A DNA stretch of 39,122 nucleotides from a virus: IMG/VR virus record IMGVR_UViG_3300038607_000022, one strand, 5' to 3'. The stretch's first letter is position 1; every line of letters starts with the position of its first letter. The notes below the pieces were generated by a model. It saw only the letters and a list, made by a program, of their open reading frames with translations. It was not told the DNA's origin and did no database searches. This document shows, piece after piece, positions 7,618-16,911 of this stretch. A program made the translations under genes and the position numbers.

Positions 7618-8920
7618 TTTAAATGTCCCTCAGTTTGAGTTTTACCAAATGGATAAGCAATTCCGAGCTTTTGTGGGAGGTTATCGGAGCGGAAAAACTT
7701 TTTTGGGCTGTGTGAGATTGTGCGCCCTGTCTTTGGAATACCCTAACATAAGGCTTGGCTACTTTGCCCCTACCTACCCTCAAATAGCTGATATATTTTA
7801 CACCACTATAGAGGAGGTCGCAGAGCTTTTTGGAATGGACTGTGAAATAAAGACAACATCAAAAGAGGTTACGTTGAGTTATTGCGGTGATGTTCATTCA
7901 GTTATCAAGTGTCGCTCAATGGAGCACCCATCAAGAATTGTAGGGTTTGATATTAACCACGCGCTTATCGATGAAATAGACACGATGAAGATAAGCAAGG
8001 CTGATGCAGCATGGAAAAAGATTGTGGCTAGGCTTTCGTCAGCGGGCTTTGATGAGCAAAGATTATACGACGAAGATATGAACGCAGACTTAATCATTGA
8101 GGCGCTAGAAGAGAACACGGTTGATTTCACCACCACGCCAGAGGGGTTTGGCTGGATTTACGATTTATTTGTTAAGCAGTTGTCGGAAGATAAAGACCTG
8201 CAAAACTATTATGGGATAGTTCACGCTTCAACGAGGCAGAATAAAAAGAACCTACAAAAAGGTTATATAGAATCTCTGTATGCGACATACCCTAGTAATT
8301 TAGTTGACGCTTATATAGACGGGAAGTTTGTTAACCTTAAGGGCGGCACGGTTTATTCGATGTTTGATCGCTCAGTTAATGATTGTGATGCCGAATGGAA
8401 CGGAAAAGAGCCACTGCACATAGGCATGGACTTTAACGTATGCAATATGAGCGCGGCTATTGCTGTTGAACGTAAAGGCGCTCTTTATTTTGTTGATGAA
8501 ATTACAGGCTCCTATGATACCCCTTCAATCATAGACACAATAAAAAGTAGGTATCAAAACTGCCAAATCAATATTTATCCTGATGCGAGCGGGAAAAATA
8601 GAAACGCCCAAGGCGCTAGTGAATCATCTATTCAGCTTTTAAGGCAAGCTGGCTTTCGGGTTCACGCACCAAATAAAAACCCATTTGTTAAAGACAGGGT
8701 TCTATCGGTAAATACAGCTTTTGATAAGCAGAGAATTTTCGTAAATGTATTAAAGTGCCCAACAATTTCATCAAACTTAGAGCAACAGGTTTACAATCAG
8801 GCGGGAGAGCCGGACAAGTCTGCCGGAACGGACCACACAAACGATGCAGTGGGCTATTTAGTGAATTACAAGCAACCTGTCAATCGCCCTGTAACACAAG
8901 TTAGACGCTTGGTAGTGTAA
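7607..8920 (+). CDS. terL: Terminase large subunit
   Basis: Walker A GGYRSGKT, a nuclease-type C-terminal half, 437 aa. Confidence 0.85.
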   Translation: MPLNLNVPQFEFYQMDKQFRAFVGGYRSGKTFLGCVRLCALSLEYPNIRLGYFAPTYPQIADIFYTTIEEVAELFGMDCEIKTTSKEVTLSYCGDVHSVIKCRSMEHPSRIVGFDINHALIDEIDTMKISKADAAWKKIVARLSSAGFDEQRLYDEDMNADLIIEALEENTVDFTTTPEGFGWIYDLFVKQLSEDKDLQNYYGIVHASTRQNKKNLQKGYIESLYATYPSNLVDAYIDGKFVNLKGGTVYSMFDRSVNDCDAEWNGKEPLHIGMDFNVCNMSAAIAVERKGALYFVDEITGSYDTPSIIDTIKSRYQNCQINIYPDASGKNRNAQGASESSIQLLRQAGFRVHAPNKNPFVKDRVLSVNTAFDKQRIFVNVLKCPTISSNLEQQVYNQAGEPDKSAGTDHTNDAVGYLVNYKQPVNRPVTQVRRLVV

Positions 8921-8980
8921 AGGTTATAATACGAAAAACTAGCGGGTTAAGCCTGCGTATATTTTTGATAAGGCTTAATA

Positions 8981-10399
8981 ATGACAGTATCAGTACATAG
9001 AAAAGAATACACAGACGGGTTAGATGATGTAACCAAAAATCGCGACGCCGTAAAAGGTGAGCGAGCAATCAAGGATAAGCGCACGGATTACCTGCCGCCA
9101 CTCCCTTCTATGTGTTGCACATACCGACAAACCGAAAACGGCAGCCAAGTTATACAGGGCAGCACTATCACTGGTGAAGGTCTAGCAAGTTATAATAAGT
9201 ATTTATCCCTTGCCTATTTTTATGGAGCTAGTGGTCGTACTGTAGATGGGCTGACCGGGCTTATATTTTCCAAACAGCCAGAAATGGAAATAGATCCGCG
9301 TGTTGAATATCTCATTGATAACGTCGATGGCAAAGGCAATTCTTTACGCAAGCAATCACAAAAAGCGTGTGAAGAAGCTTTTATTACGCCTAAATCTGGC
9401 TTATTAGTTGATTATCCGAATGTCTCACAGCCCGTATCGGTAGCCGATGCTGAACGATCAAACCTACGCCCGAAAATACTACACTATAACTATGAATCTA
9501 TCGTTAACTGGCATTATGACGTAGTAGACAACCAACAAAAGCTAACATTGGTTGTGTTAGCAGAGCAGCGAGAGACATTAGTCGATAGATTTAAAATCGA
9601 GTATGAGACCGTTTATCGCGTATTGGAAATAATCGAGGGGAACTATTATCAATCTGTTATCAATGAGTCGGGAGAAGATGTAGAGCCTCAAGAATTGGTG
9701 CTAGTTAACGGCTCACCTGTAAATGAAATTCCTTTCTTCTTAATCGAGGTAGGCTCGCAAGATAAATCAATCATTAATGATTTAGTTGATGCTAACTTGT
9801 ATCACTATCGTACTTTTGCTGATTACGGCGGTAAATTACATTATTCGTCATTTGTTATTTATTACGAGACAGGCGCTATTGATGGTGATCAAAACATGGT
9901 CATCGGTAACGGTGTTAAGTGGTCTAATCAATCAACAGATGCGACTTTTGGCGTCTTACAGCCAGACGGTAACGCAGATTCGCATATGATGGCCCTAAAA
10001 GACATGGAAAATCGCATGGCTGCTTTAGGTGCTGAAATGCTCAAGCCTAGAGGCAGTGCGGCAGAGTCGGCAGAAGCTAAATCACTCGACCAGGTAGCGC
10101 AAAACTCAACGGTTTCTAGTGTTGCTATCAATGTATCAGAAGCTTACGAAAAAGCGCTGGATTTTGCTTTACGTTGGATGGGTGGAGAGGGTGAAAACGT
10201 CTATCATCTATCAACTGACTACAACCCTAAAGGATTAGCTGGTAATGATTTGACAGCATTAGTAAACGCTTTACAGCTAGGCGCGATTTCTTACGAAACA
10301 TTCTACGAGAATCTTCAAAGAGGAGGTGTTGCAAATCCTGAGCGAACTATTGAAGATGAGCAGGCGCAAATACAAGGCGCTGAGCTAGGGCTTGAATAG
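8981..10399 (+). CDS. Portal protein
   Basis: 472 aa, directly after TerL and before a MuF-like gene. Acidic C-terminus. Confidence 0.75.
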   Translation: MTVSVHRKEYTDGLDDVTKNRDAVKGERAIKDKRTDYLPPLPSMCCTYRQTENGSQVIQGSTITGEGLASYNKYLSLAYFYGASGRTVDGLTGLIFSKQPEMEIDPRVEYLIDNVDGKGNSLRKQSQKACEEAFITPKSGLLVDYPNVSQPVSVADAERSNLRPKILHYNYESIVNWHYDVVDNQQKLTLVVLAEQRETLVDRFKIEYETVYRVLEIIEGNYYQSVINESGEDVEPQELVLVNGSPVNEIPFFLIEVGSQDKSIINDLVDANLYHYRTFADYGGKLHYSSFVIYYETGAIDGDQNMVIGNGVKWSNQSTDATFGVLQPDGNADSHMMALKDMENRMAALGAEMLKPRGSAAESAEAKSLDQVAQNSTVSSVAINVSEAYEKALDFALRWMGGEGENVYHLSTDYNPKGLAGNDLTALVNALQLGAISYETFYENLQRGGVANPERTIEDEQAQIQGAELGLE

Positions 10400-11466
10400 T
10401 GGCTAACCAACAACTAACAGAATCAAGTAGCCGTCATGCTGTATATGTTCAGCGTGTTGCTGGTGGTTTAGATGACGAGTTTCTACCCTACCTTGAGAGA
10501 TTAAAAAAGGATGTTTCATCTTGGATTGTGCTTAATGATTGGGATCAACTAAGACAGCGTGACTTATTGCGCGAGCTTACATCCATTCAAACCGAAATCT
10601 ATAACGAATATAACAAGCAGTTAATCCTAGACTTAGGCGAGGTAGGATTAAACGATGCTAAATGGCAGCAAAGACAAATAAAAAGCGTTTTACCTGATGA
10701 TTTCGACCACTTAGTTACAACGCCACCCAAAAGCGCAATTATCAGCGTGATCAAATCTACGCCGCTTGTGTTCGAGGATGCCAACCAGGTTAAGTTGTTG
10801 CAGCCGTTTATTCGGGACTGGTCTGCAAGTGAAATAAATCGAGTTAACGGGATTATTCAAACGGGCTTTTTAACAGGACAATCTAATAGAGAAATCGCAA
10901 AGGCTGTTGCGGGTAAAGGTGGCTATCTAGATAAACAGGTAAGGCAGCATAACGAAACATTAGTAAGAACTGCAGTTAATCATACCGCAACAGTGGCGCG
11001 TGATGCTGTAATGAAAGATAACGACGATATTATTATCGGTTATCGTTGGCTTTCGACTCTGGACGGGCGCACTAGTGATATTTGCCGAGGGCTAGACCAG
11101 CAGGTGTTTAAGACTGATGACGACTACCAACCGAAGCCCCCGGCGCATCCTGGTTGTAGAAGCACCACAATCCCTGAGATTAATCCTGACTTACAGCCCA
11201 AATCAAAGCGCGGTAAACGTGGCAGCAGCGGTGATGAAGGTAGAGAACCAGTAGGCGCTAATACAACCTATTACGGATGGCTGAAAAAACAAACCGCACA
11301 ATTCCAAGATGAGACTATTGGGCCAACTAGAGGAAAGCTGTTGCGTAATGGTGGATTAACCAGCGAAGAGTTTAGAAGATTATCAACTGATGATAAGTTT
11401 AGACCGCTTGATCTAGAATCCATGCGTAAAAAATCGCCTGAAAGTTTTGAAAATGCCGGTCTTTAG
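10399..11466 (+). CDS. Head morphogenesis protein (Mu F / SPP1 gp7 family)
   Basis: IGYRWLSTLDGRTSDICRGLDQQVF...PPAHPGCRSTTIP is the family signature. GTG start overlaps the portal stop. Confidence 0.85.
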   Translation: MANQQLTESSSRHAVYVQRVAGGLDDEFLPYLERLKKDVSSWIVLNDWDQLRQRDLLRELTSIQTEIYNEYNKQLILDLGEVGLNDAKWQQRQIKSVLPDDFDHLVTTPPKSAIISVIKSTPLVFEDANQVKLLQPFIRDWSASEINRVNGIIQTGFLTGQSNREIAKAVAGKGGYLDKQVRQHNETLVRTAVNHTATVARDAVMKDNDDIIIGYRWLSTLDGRTSDICRGLDQQVFKTDDDYQPKPPAHPGCRSTTIPEINPDLQPKSKRGKRGSSGDEGREPVGANTTYYGWLKKQTAQFQDETIGPTRGKLLRNGGLTSEEFRRLSTDDKFRPLDLESMRKKSPESFENAGL

Positions 11467-11487
11467 GTGGCGACTGAGTGTTTTAAC

Positions 11488-11509
11488 ACGAAGTCAATTT
11501 TAGCTTCGT
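11488..11509. terminator. Hairpin between convergent genes (ACGAAG-N10-CTTCGT)
   Basis: 6-bp stem followed on the plus strand by TTGTCGTATTT. Overlaps the stop of the minus-strand gene. Confidence 0.35.
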
Positions 11510-11694
11510 TTGTCGTATTTCACTATTATCAAAATAAGACCAACCAAAGCGACCGCAATAAAAAGCAAAGAAGAGGCGATTACACCGTAAATAAAGCCAT
11601 CCGCCCCTTGCTCGTTAGGCATATAAACCCAACTAAACAACCAGCAAGTTATGCTAAAAGCAATCAGTAATGCGGTTATTTTCACCGTTTTCAT
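11500..11694 (-). CDS. Small two-TM membrane protein (island gene 4)
   Basis: AAGGGA RBS. Two long hydrophobic segments. The opposite-strand ORF 11467..11670 is judged a shadow. Confidence 0.65.
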   Translation of the reverse strand: MKTVKITALLIAFSITCWLFSWVYMPNEQGADGFIYGVIASSLLFIAVALVGLILIIVKYDKRS

Positions 11695-11704
11695 TGCATC
11701 CCTT

Positions 11705-11887
11705 TTATCCTATGTCGTATTTAATTTCAGATTTAAGGTGTATAGTAAATATATCTCTTTCAGAGCAGTAACTAATCTCTTCTATCGCGTAGTCTACACC
11801 AAAAACCTTTATTGTTTCTCTAGATTCGAGTTTCCGCCTTATTTTCGACTCTAAAGCACAACAACCAAACTGTATTATCATTTTCAT
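11705..11887 (-). CDS. Hypothetical protein (island gene 3)
   Basis: AAGGGGA RBS 5 nt before the ATG. 10-nt gap to the next gene. Confidence 0.6.
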   Translation of the reverse strand: MKMIIQFGCCALESKIRRKLESRETIKVFGVDYAIEEISYCSERDIFTIHLKSEIKYDIG

Positions 11888-11963
11888 TTTATCCCCTTAT
11901 ATGATTTTAGCTAATTGTTTAAGCTCTTCCGCTAAATCTAGCGCCCGCTCTTTTGTTGTTCGA

Positions 11964-12299
11964 CTAAAGCACCTCTGTTAATATACGCCAGTTTTTTAAT
12001 GTCATTCCGTCGAATTCAGCCTCAACAGGTTTTCCGTTTAATTGATCAATCGAGTTGCATTTTGCATCCCTCAACAAGTCGCTAACAAACCGCATAACCT
12101 CATCATAGCCTCTGCTGCGGTCTTCTTCTGTCCATTTGCAGTGCTCTGTATGTTTTACCTGGTTAGCGTCCCAAGATGATTTATTATCACCACAGCCCCA
12201 GCCATTACCACTAATTGTAACTGTCAAGCCTAAGCAAGCGTCCTGATAACCACCAAGACCAAACTTTACATTTTCTAATTTGCCCAGTTTCTTTTCCAT
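11964..12299 (-). CDS. Hypothetical protein (island gene 2)
   Basis: Strong AGGAG RBS. 111 aa with six Cys. No family recognised. Confidence 0.65.
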   Translation of the reverse strand: MEKKLGKLENVKFGLGGYQDACLGLTVTISGNGWGCGDNKSSWDANQVKHTEHCKWTEEDRSRGYDEVMRFVSDLLRDAKCNSIDQLNGKPVEAEFDGMTLKNWRILTEVL

Positions 12300-12358
12300 T
12301 TCAATCTCCTGTTTTTAACGAGTATAAACCTCAGCTTTTAATTAACAAATCCGATCAG

Positions 12359-12739
12359 TTAACTTAAATATCGACCAGAAGAAAACCAGTCTGATTTTAT
12401 TTTCTCGGCGTGCGTTAAGCATTTTAGCATGGTGTCTGCCTCTCCTTTCTCGGTTAGAGGCATCCCTTCTGGAAACATCCATCCGCCCAGTGTTGTTGTT
12501 TTTTTAGCGAATAAAAAGCGGCTCACCTTTTTGGTCGAGAATGGGACTTTAATCTTTTTGTGGTAGTAGTGATTAAAGTTGTGAGGATTGCACGTAACTA
12601 CCGAATAAACATCTCCCGCATGAAAGTCGCCATATAAAGACCTGCCATGCTTATCGTAGTAGCAAGTATCCATTGAACCGTGCTTTATTTTCTCGTCTTT
12701 GTAAATAAGCTCAAGAATCATTCTGATTATGTTGCGCAT
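12359..12739 (-). CDS. Hypothetical protein (island gene 1)
   Basis: AAGGG RBS 7 nt before the ATG. First gene downstream of the consensus leftward promoter. Confidence 0.65.
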   Translation of the reverse strand: MRNIIRMILELIYKDEKIKHGSMDTCYYDKHGRSLYGDFHAGDVYSVVTCNPHNFNHYYHKKIKVPFSTKKVSRFLFAKKTTTLGGWMFPEGMPLTEKGEADTMLKCLTHAEKIKSDWFSSGRYLS

Positions 12740-12771
12740 ATTCTAACCCTTTATTTAAGTGTATATACCAG

Positions 12772-12800
12772 ATTATAGCCGCTACTTAGGTTTTTATCAA
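12772..12800 (-). promoter_or_regulatory. Near-consensus sigma70 promoter for the leftward island (TTGATA-N17-TATAAT)
   Basis: On the minus strand, -35 at 12800..12795 and -10 at 12777..12772. Spacer is exactly 17 nt. About 26 nt of leader before ATG 12739. Confidence 0.7.
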
Positions 12801-12803
12801 AAG

Positions 12804-12812
12804 TGTTAAAAT
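12804..12812 (+). promoter_or_regulatory. Extended -10 element TGTTAAAAT ahead of the scaffold gene
   Basis: TGnTAAAAT with no good -35. A sister motif, TGATAAAAT, lies at 18412-18420. Confidence 0.35.
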
Positions 12813-12873
12813 ATCAACAATCCATAACGGATTAAAACTCTAAGAGTTAATCAAATACCTAAGGTGTGCACAC

Positions 12874-13539
12874 ATGTTAAAAGGAATCGAAAACATTGAC
12901 CTAACTGCTGATGATGCGGTTGATCAAATAAATGCGCTTGCTGCTGGTTTGGTGAGCAAGAAAGATGAATTGAAAGACTTACTTGCAAAAGCCAATACTG
13001 AGGCGAGAAAAGAGCGTATAGGTGAAGCTTCTGCGGCAGAACTTGAACGTCTTCGGCAGTTTGAAAAAACAGCTTTACGCTCACAAGAAGAAGAAAAAGG
13101 AAATTACCAAAAAGCGCTAGATATGGCGCAAAGTGATTTCACAAAGCAGCTTGAATCGTTGCAATCTCAACTCCAAGAGAAAGAGAGTGCGCTAACTAAG
13201 CTGTTAATTGATGATGGACTAAATAAAGCGCTCGACGGGGTGAATGTTAATCCATCGTTAAAAGCTGGGGCGGAGGCTATACTCCGTTCACAAGCGCAAC
13301 TTACCGACGGCAAAGCTATGATCGGTGATAAGTCACTAAGTGATGCAGTACAAGAGTGGGCTGAATCGGATGCGGGCAAAGCGTTCTGTTTAGCACCTAA
13401 CAACTCAGGCGGCAACGCCAACGGTGGCGGAACTAGTTATTCGTCAAACAAAAAATTTAGTGATTATTCATCGGCTGAGCTTAGTCAAATTAGACAGACA
13501 AAGCCCGAAGAATATCAAAGATTATTAACAACGAGGTAA
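12874..13539 (+). CDS. Scaffolding protein
   Basis: Charged, helical and coiled-coil-like sequence, 221 aa, immediately upstream of the capsid gene. AAGGTG RBS. Confidence 0.7.
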   Translation: MLKGIENIDLTADDAVDQINALAAGLVSKKDELKDLLAKANTEARKERIGEASAAELERLRQFEKTALRSQEEEKGNYQKALDMAQSDFTKQLESLQSQLQEKESALTKLLIDDGLNKALDGVNVNPSLKAGAEAILRSQAQLTDGKAMIGDKSLSDAVQEWAESDAGKAFCLAPNNSGGNANGGGTSYSSNKKFSDYSSAELSQIRQTKPEEYQRLLTTR

Positions 13540-13542
13540 GTT

Positions 13543-14550
13543 ATGTCTACTTTAGCTAACATTATTGATGTAACCGTTTTTCAGGATTTACCAGCGGTAG
13601 ATTCACCAGAAAAAACGGCATTTTATGAATCTGGCGTTATTGTTCGCAATCCGCTTTTAGATTCTTTCGCAATGGCTGCGGGTAAAACTGCGGAGTTACC
13701 ATTCTGGAACGACTTGGACGCAAGCTCAGAACCTAACCTGTCAGATGATACAGCAACCCTAGCCACACCTGACGAAATCTTACAAGGCGAACAAATCGCA
13801 CGTAAGCTTTTTGTTAACAATGGCTGGAAAGAAGCTGATCTTGCTGGTGAACTGGCTATGGGCGGAACAGCTATGGAGCAGGTACGCGCAAGAGTTGATA
13901 CTTATTGGCGTCGTCAGTGGCAGCGTCGATTAGTTGCTGCAACTGTTGGCTTACTAGCTGATAACGTGGCTAACGACTCAGGCGATATGGTATTTGATGC
14001 GTCTATTGAAGATGGTGATAATGCAACGGCAGCTAACTTGTTTAGCCGTTCAAACTTTACCGCCGCAGCCTTTACGCTTGGTGATATGTTTGATGTAACT
14101 GGTGCTGTTGCTATGCACTCTGTTGTGTATAAACGTGCTGTTGACAATGACGACATTGAGTTTATCCCTGACTCACAAGGCAACATGACCATCCCGACTT
14201 ATTTGGGTAAGCGTGTTATTGTTGATGATGGTATGACCGTAGTTGCTGGTGGCACTTCTGGCTTTAAATACACCACTATCTTATTCGGTGCTGGTGCGTT
14301 TGGCTGGGGTGAAGGTATGCCTCATATCCCTACTGAGATTCAGCGCCAAGAGTCTGCTGGTAACGGTGGTGGTATTGAAACGCTATGGAGTCGTAAAACT
14401 TGGTTATTGCATCCGTTTGGCTATCAGTTCACCTCTGCATCTGTTGCGGGTGTTTCGCCTACTCTTGCAGAGTACCAGAACGCCGCTAACTGGGATCGCG
14501 TAATTGAACGTAAGAATGTTCCATTAGCCTTCTTGGTAACAAACGGCTAG
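13543..14550 (+). CDS. Major capsid protein (SPP1 gp13-like, HK97 fold)
   Basis: Collinear resemblance to SPP1 gp13 as recalled: ...ELPFWNDLD..., IPTYLGKRVIVDDGM, ILFGAGAFGWGEG, LLHPFGYQFT and ANWDRV. Confidence 0.85.
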   Translation: MSTLANIIDVTVFQDLPAVDSPEKTAFYESGVIVRNPLLDSFAMAAGKTAELPFWNDLDASSEPNLSDDTATLATPDEILQGEQIARKLFVNNGWKEADLAGELAMGGTAMEQVRARVDTYWRRQWQRRLVAATVGLLADNVANDSGDMVFDASIEDGDNATAANLFSRSNFTAAAFTLGDMFDVTGAVAMHSVVYKRAVDNDDIEFIPDSQGNMTIPTYLGKRVIVDDGMTVVAGGTSGFKYTTILFGAGAFGWGEGMPHIPTEIQRQESAGNGGGIETLWSRKTWLLHPFGYQFTSASVAGVSPTLAEYQNAANWDRVIERKNVPLAFLVTNG

Positions 14551-14570
14551 ATAATGCCCAAGTAATAAAG

Positions 14571-14610
14571 AAACACCCTAGCGATAACATCAAAGGGGTG
14601 TTTTTTATTA
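14571..14610 (+). terminator. Rho-independent terminator after the capsid gene
   Basis: AAACACCC ... GGGTGTTT stem followed by a T-run (GGGGTGTTTTTTATTA). Confidence 0.6.
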
Positions 14611-14651
14611 TCCGCTGTTTAATGTATAATCAGTAAAAAGAGAGGTGCATC

Positions 14652-14789
14652 ATGTTTACACAAAAAGACTTAATCCAATCAGCACATAAGATTGATCAAA
14701 ACATCAAAGCTAAGGCCGAGAATAAAACTAATGTTGTAACAAAGAAAAAGCCAGCGACTAAGCGCAAACCTAAAAAAGAGAGCGCTTAA
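14652..14789 (+). CDS. Small basic protein (45 aa), below the ORF-track cutoff
   Basis: AGAGG RBS 6 nt upstream. 46 codons read by hand. Lys-rich tail. TATAAT at 14625-14630 upstream. Confidence 0.5.
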   Translation: MFTQKDLIQSAHKIDQNIKAKAENKTNVVTKKKPATKRKPKKESA

Positions 14790-14791
14790 TA

Positions 14792-15448
14792 ATGCCTTTT
14801 AGAGACGATCAACAATACATAGCGCACGAGGTAAGGCGTTCACGTATAGAGCGCGCTGCTGGCTCGCTTGGTGCTGGGGTTTATGCTGGTGGCTCTGCCG
14901 TTGCTGTTTTTGTTGGCGACGGTTACGCAGGTGTTACAAATAACCATGTTAAGTTCCAGTTTTTCGTTGAGTCACACAACCAGACACAGCGCGGGCTTGT
15001 TTTACAGGGTAACAGCTACACGGCTGCGTCAACATTCAGAAATCTAACTTTTAAAATACAGTCAGATGATACCATGCAGGTTCAATGGCGAAATTCTGGC
15101 GGAACTAATAACAACATAAATACAGCCGTTGTCCCTGTCGGTGTTTGGCTTTCTGTTGAGTTTTACATCGATGGAAACAATTATGAGCTAAAAGTAGATT
15201 GGGACGCTAATCAAAGTGGTGTTAGTGATTATAGCCCTGTTTATGCTGGCGGCGATTGGCGCATACTGGATGACGGTACAGCGTTAAGCACCGGGGTAAA
15301 AATAACGAAAGTGCGCTGGTTTGCTGGTGGCAATAAAGCGTTAGCCTGCAATTGTGATGAAGGCGCAGGCAATACGTCTATTAACTACGGCATCATTGGC
15401 AATGGCTCTATTGTTGGTGGAAATATTCACGGGGTTTACAATGGCTAA
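14792..15448 (+). CDS. Hypothetical structural protein, possibly a lectin/LamG-like beta-sandwich
   Basis: Beta-rich composition. Lies between the capsid and connector genes. The fold call is a guess. Confidence 0.55.
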   Translation: MPFRDDQQYIAHEVRRSRIERAAGSLGAGVYAGGSAVAVFVGDGYAGVTNNHVKFQFFVESHNQTQRGLVLQGNSYTAASTFRNLTFKIQSDDTMQVQWRNSGGTNNNINTAVVPVGVWLSVEFYIDGNNYELKVDWDANQSGVSDYSPVYAGGDWRILDDGTALSTGVKITKVRWFAGGNKALACNCDEGAGNTSINYGIIGNGSIVGGNIHGVYNG

Positions 15449-16112
15449 GAATGATTGGTATCCGTTAGGCGGCAACGGCGGCATACCGTCTGATATGGTT
15501 AACGAGCAGGCCATAGGGCTTCGACGCTTAAAAGTCACCAATATAGACCGCGCAGAAGTTCAAATTAATCGCGGCGATTATTATGTCCAGGGTATTTATA
15601 GGCCATTAGTTCCTGTTGGAGATACGACTTACTACGTCGTTGAAGCGATAAATAAACCGATTATTATAGAGGATATACAGTTAGCCTTTGATTTTAGCTC
15701 GGTTACACAGGGTCAATATTCATATCTTTTAGAGGCTTATGTTGGCAGTTCTGATGGTAACACTTGGGAGGCTATCGGCGGCGGAATAGCGCCCTTAGGT
15801 CGTCCGCTTAACGCTGCATACATCAACAAAGTGTCTGACGGGGTAATCAGGACGGGGTTTGACTCGGTTGCGGCGGCTGGAATCCCTGACTACCCGATAC
15901 AGTTTGTTGAGTATTACGTCGATACTCAAGGTAATCGTGAAACAATATCAGATACAGGCGCTAGCCTTTTTGAAGGCGATAGGGAAATAATTATCCCGCC
16001 TGGCGAGTCGGTTTTATTTACTGCTATTACAGGTGGTAATGCGACCGGAACGGCTGACATTCGGGCTAATGTTTTTACTTCTGAGTTTGAAGCGGCAGTA
16101 TTAGGATTTTAA
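15441..16112 (+). CDS. Hypothetical structural protein
   Basis: ATG 15441 overlaps the upstream stop by 8 nt. The longer track start at 15354 lies inside the upstream gene. Confidence 0.55.
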   Translation: MAKNDWYPLGGNGGIPSDMVNEQAIGLRRLKVTNIDRAEVQINRGDYYVQGIYRPLVPVGDTTYYVVEAINKPIIIEDIQLAFDFSSVTQGQYSYLLEAYVGSSDGNTWEAIGGGIAPLGRPLNAAYINKVSDGVIRTGFDSVAAAGIPDYPIQFVEYYVDTQGNRETISDTGASLFEGDREIIIPPGESVLFTAITGGNATGTADIRANVFTSEFEAAVLGF

Positions 16113-16113
16113 G

Positions 16114-16911
16114 ATGCAAAATTTAGTAATACCAAACAAAGACAATAAAGTTGTTTACGTATTCGCAGGTGTAGACCTTCAAATAGCAACCGATATACAA
16201 GTCACTTTCGGTTCAGAGGTTTACACGCTACTACTAAACCCTGATGTTGTTAGTATTATATCTAATACAGAGTTAGAGCTAGATTTATCTTCTACCTCAG
16301 AAGTTGGTAAGATTTATTCAACTGTAACTTATTTCGATGGTGGCAGTGTTAACGGTACTGACATTACAAGCCGAGAACTGGGTAATTCAGATAAAATCGT
16401 TGTTGCTATCGGAACTCAATTGATTATTGAAGATGGTTCAATTGTGCCTAATGCCAACTCTTACGTAACAGATGAAGAATTTAAGCAATACGCCGATTTA
16501 AGGAATAAAGATATTCCAGCGACACAGCCAGACCGTGAAGCTTTATTAATTAAAGCGATGGATTATCTGGCGAGCAAAGAAAGTAAAATGCAGGGTTATA
16601 GAGTTGATCCAGTAAATCAGTCTTTACCCTACCCAAGAAGCGGTGTTTATCTTTATTGCACTATTGTCCCTAATAACGCAATCCCGCAAAGCTTAAAAAT
16701 AGCGCAGATTGAAGCGGCTCTTGCGGCTAAAGAGAATGACCTGTTAGTTACTACCAGCTCACAGAATGTCGCAAGTGAAAAACTAGGCGACATGGAAGTT
16801 AGTTATTTTTCTGGCGGCTCATGGGCTAACATTAGGTTAGATACTGTTGATGCTCAACTTAACCCGCTTCTGGTCGGCGGCGGCAACAGTAACATGATGA
16901 GGCGCGTGTAA
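16114..16911 (+). CDS. Head-tail adaptor (gp6 / DnaT_2-like C-terminal domain) with an extra N-terminal domain
   Basis: ANSYVTDEEFKQYADLR...REALLIKAMDYL...QSLPYPRSG matches the head-tail connector pattern. Confidence 0.65.
   Translation: MQNLVIPNKDNKVVYVFAGVDLQIATDIQVTFGSEVYTLLLNPDVVSIISNTELELDLSSTSEVGKIYSTVTYFDGGSVNGTDITSRELGNSDKIVVAIGTQLIIEDGSIVPNANSYVTDEEFKQYADLRNKDIPATQPDREALLIKAMDYLASKESKMQGYRVDPVNQSLPYPRSGVYLYCTIVPNNAIPQSLKIAQIEAALAAKENDLLVTTSSQNVASEKLGDMEVSYFSGGSWANIRLDTVDAQLNPLLVGGGNSNMMRRV

Noticed and set aside
1100-10784. Minus- or alternate-frame ORFs: 1100..1312, 3182..3385, 3561..3908, 4078..4311, 4651..4869, 5542..5823, 7263..7586, 7894..8136, 9786..9989, 9928..10131, 10599..10784
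   Set aside because: Each lies wholly within or against a recognisable plus-strand gene (SSB, endolysin, holin, TerS/TerL, portal, MuF-like). None has a start context, and the translations are Ser/Leu/Cys-rich.
11467-11854. Plus-strand ORFs 11467..11670 and 11651..11854 opposite the island genes
   Set aside because: The minus-strand alternatives have proper RBSs, plausible membrane or globular sequence and operon spacing. The plus-strand versions start with GTG/ATG without an RBS and look like shadows.
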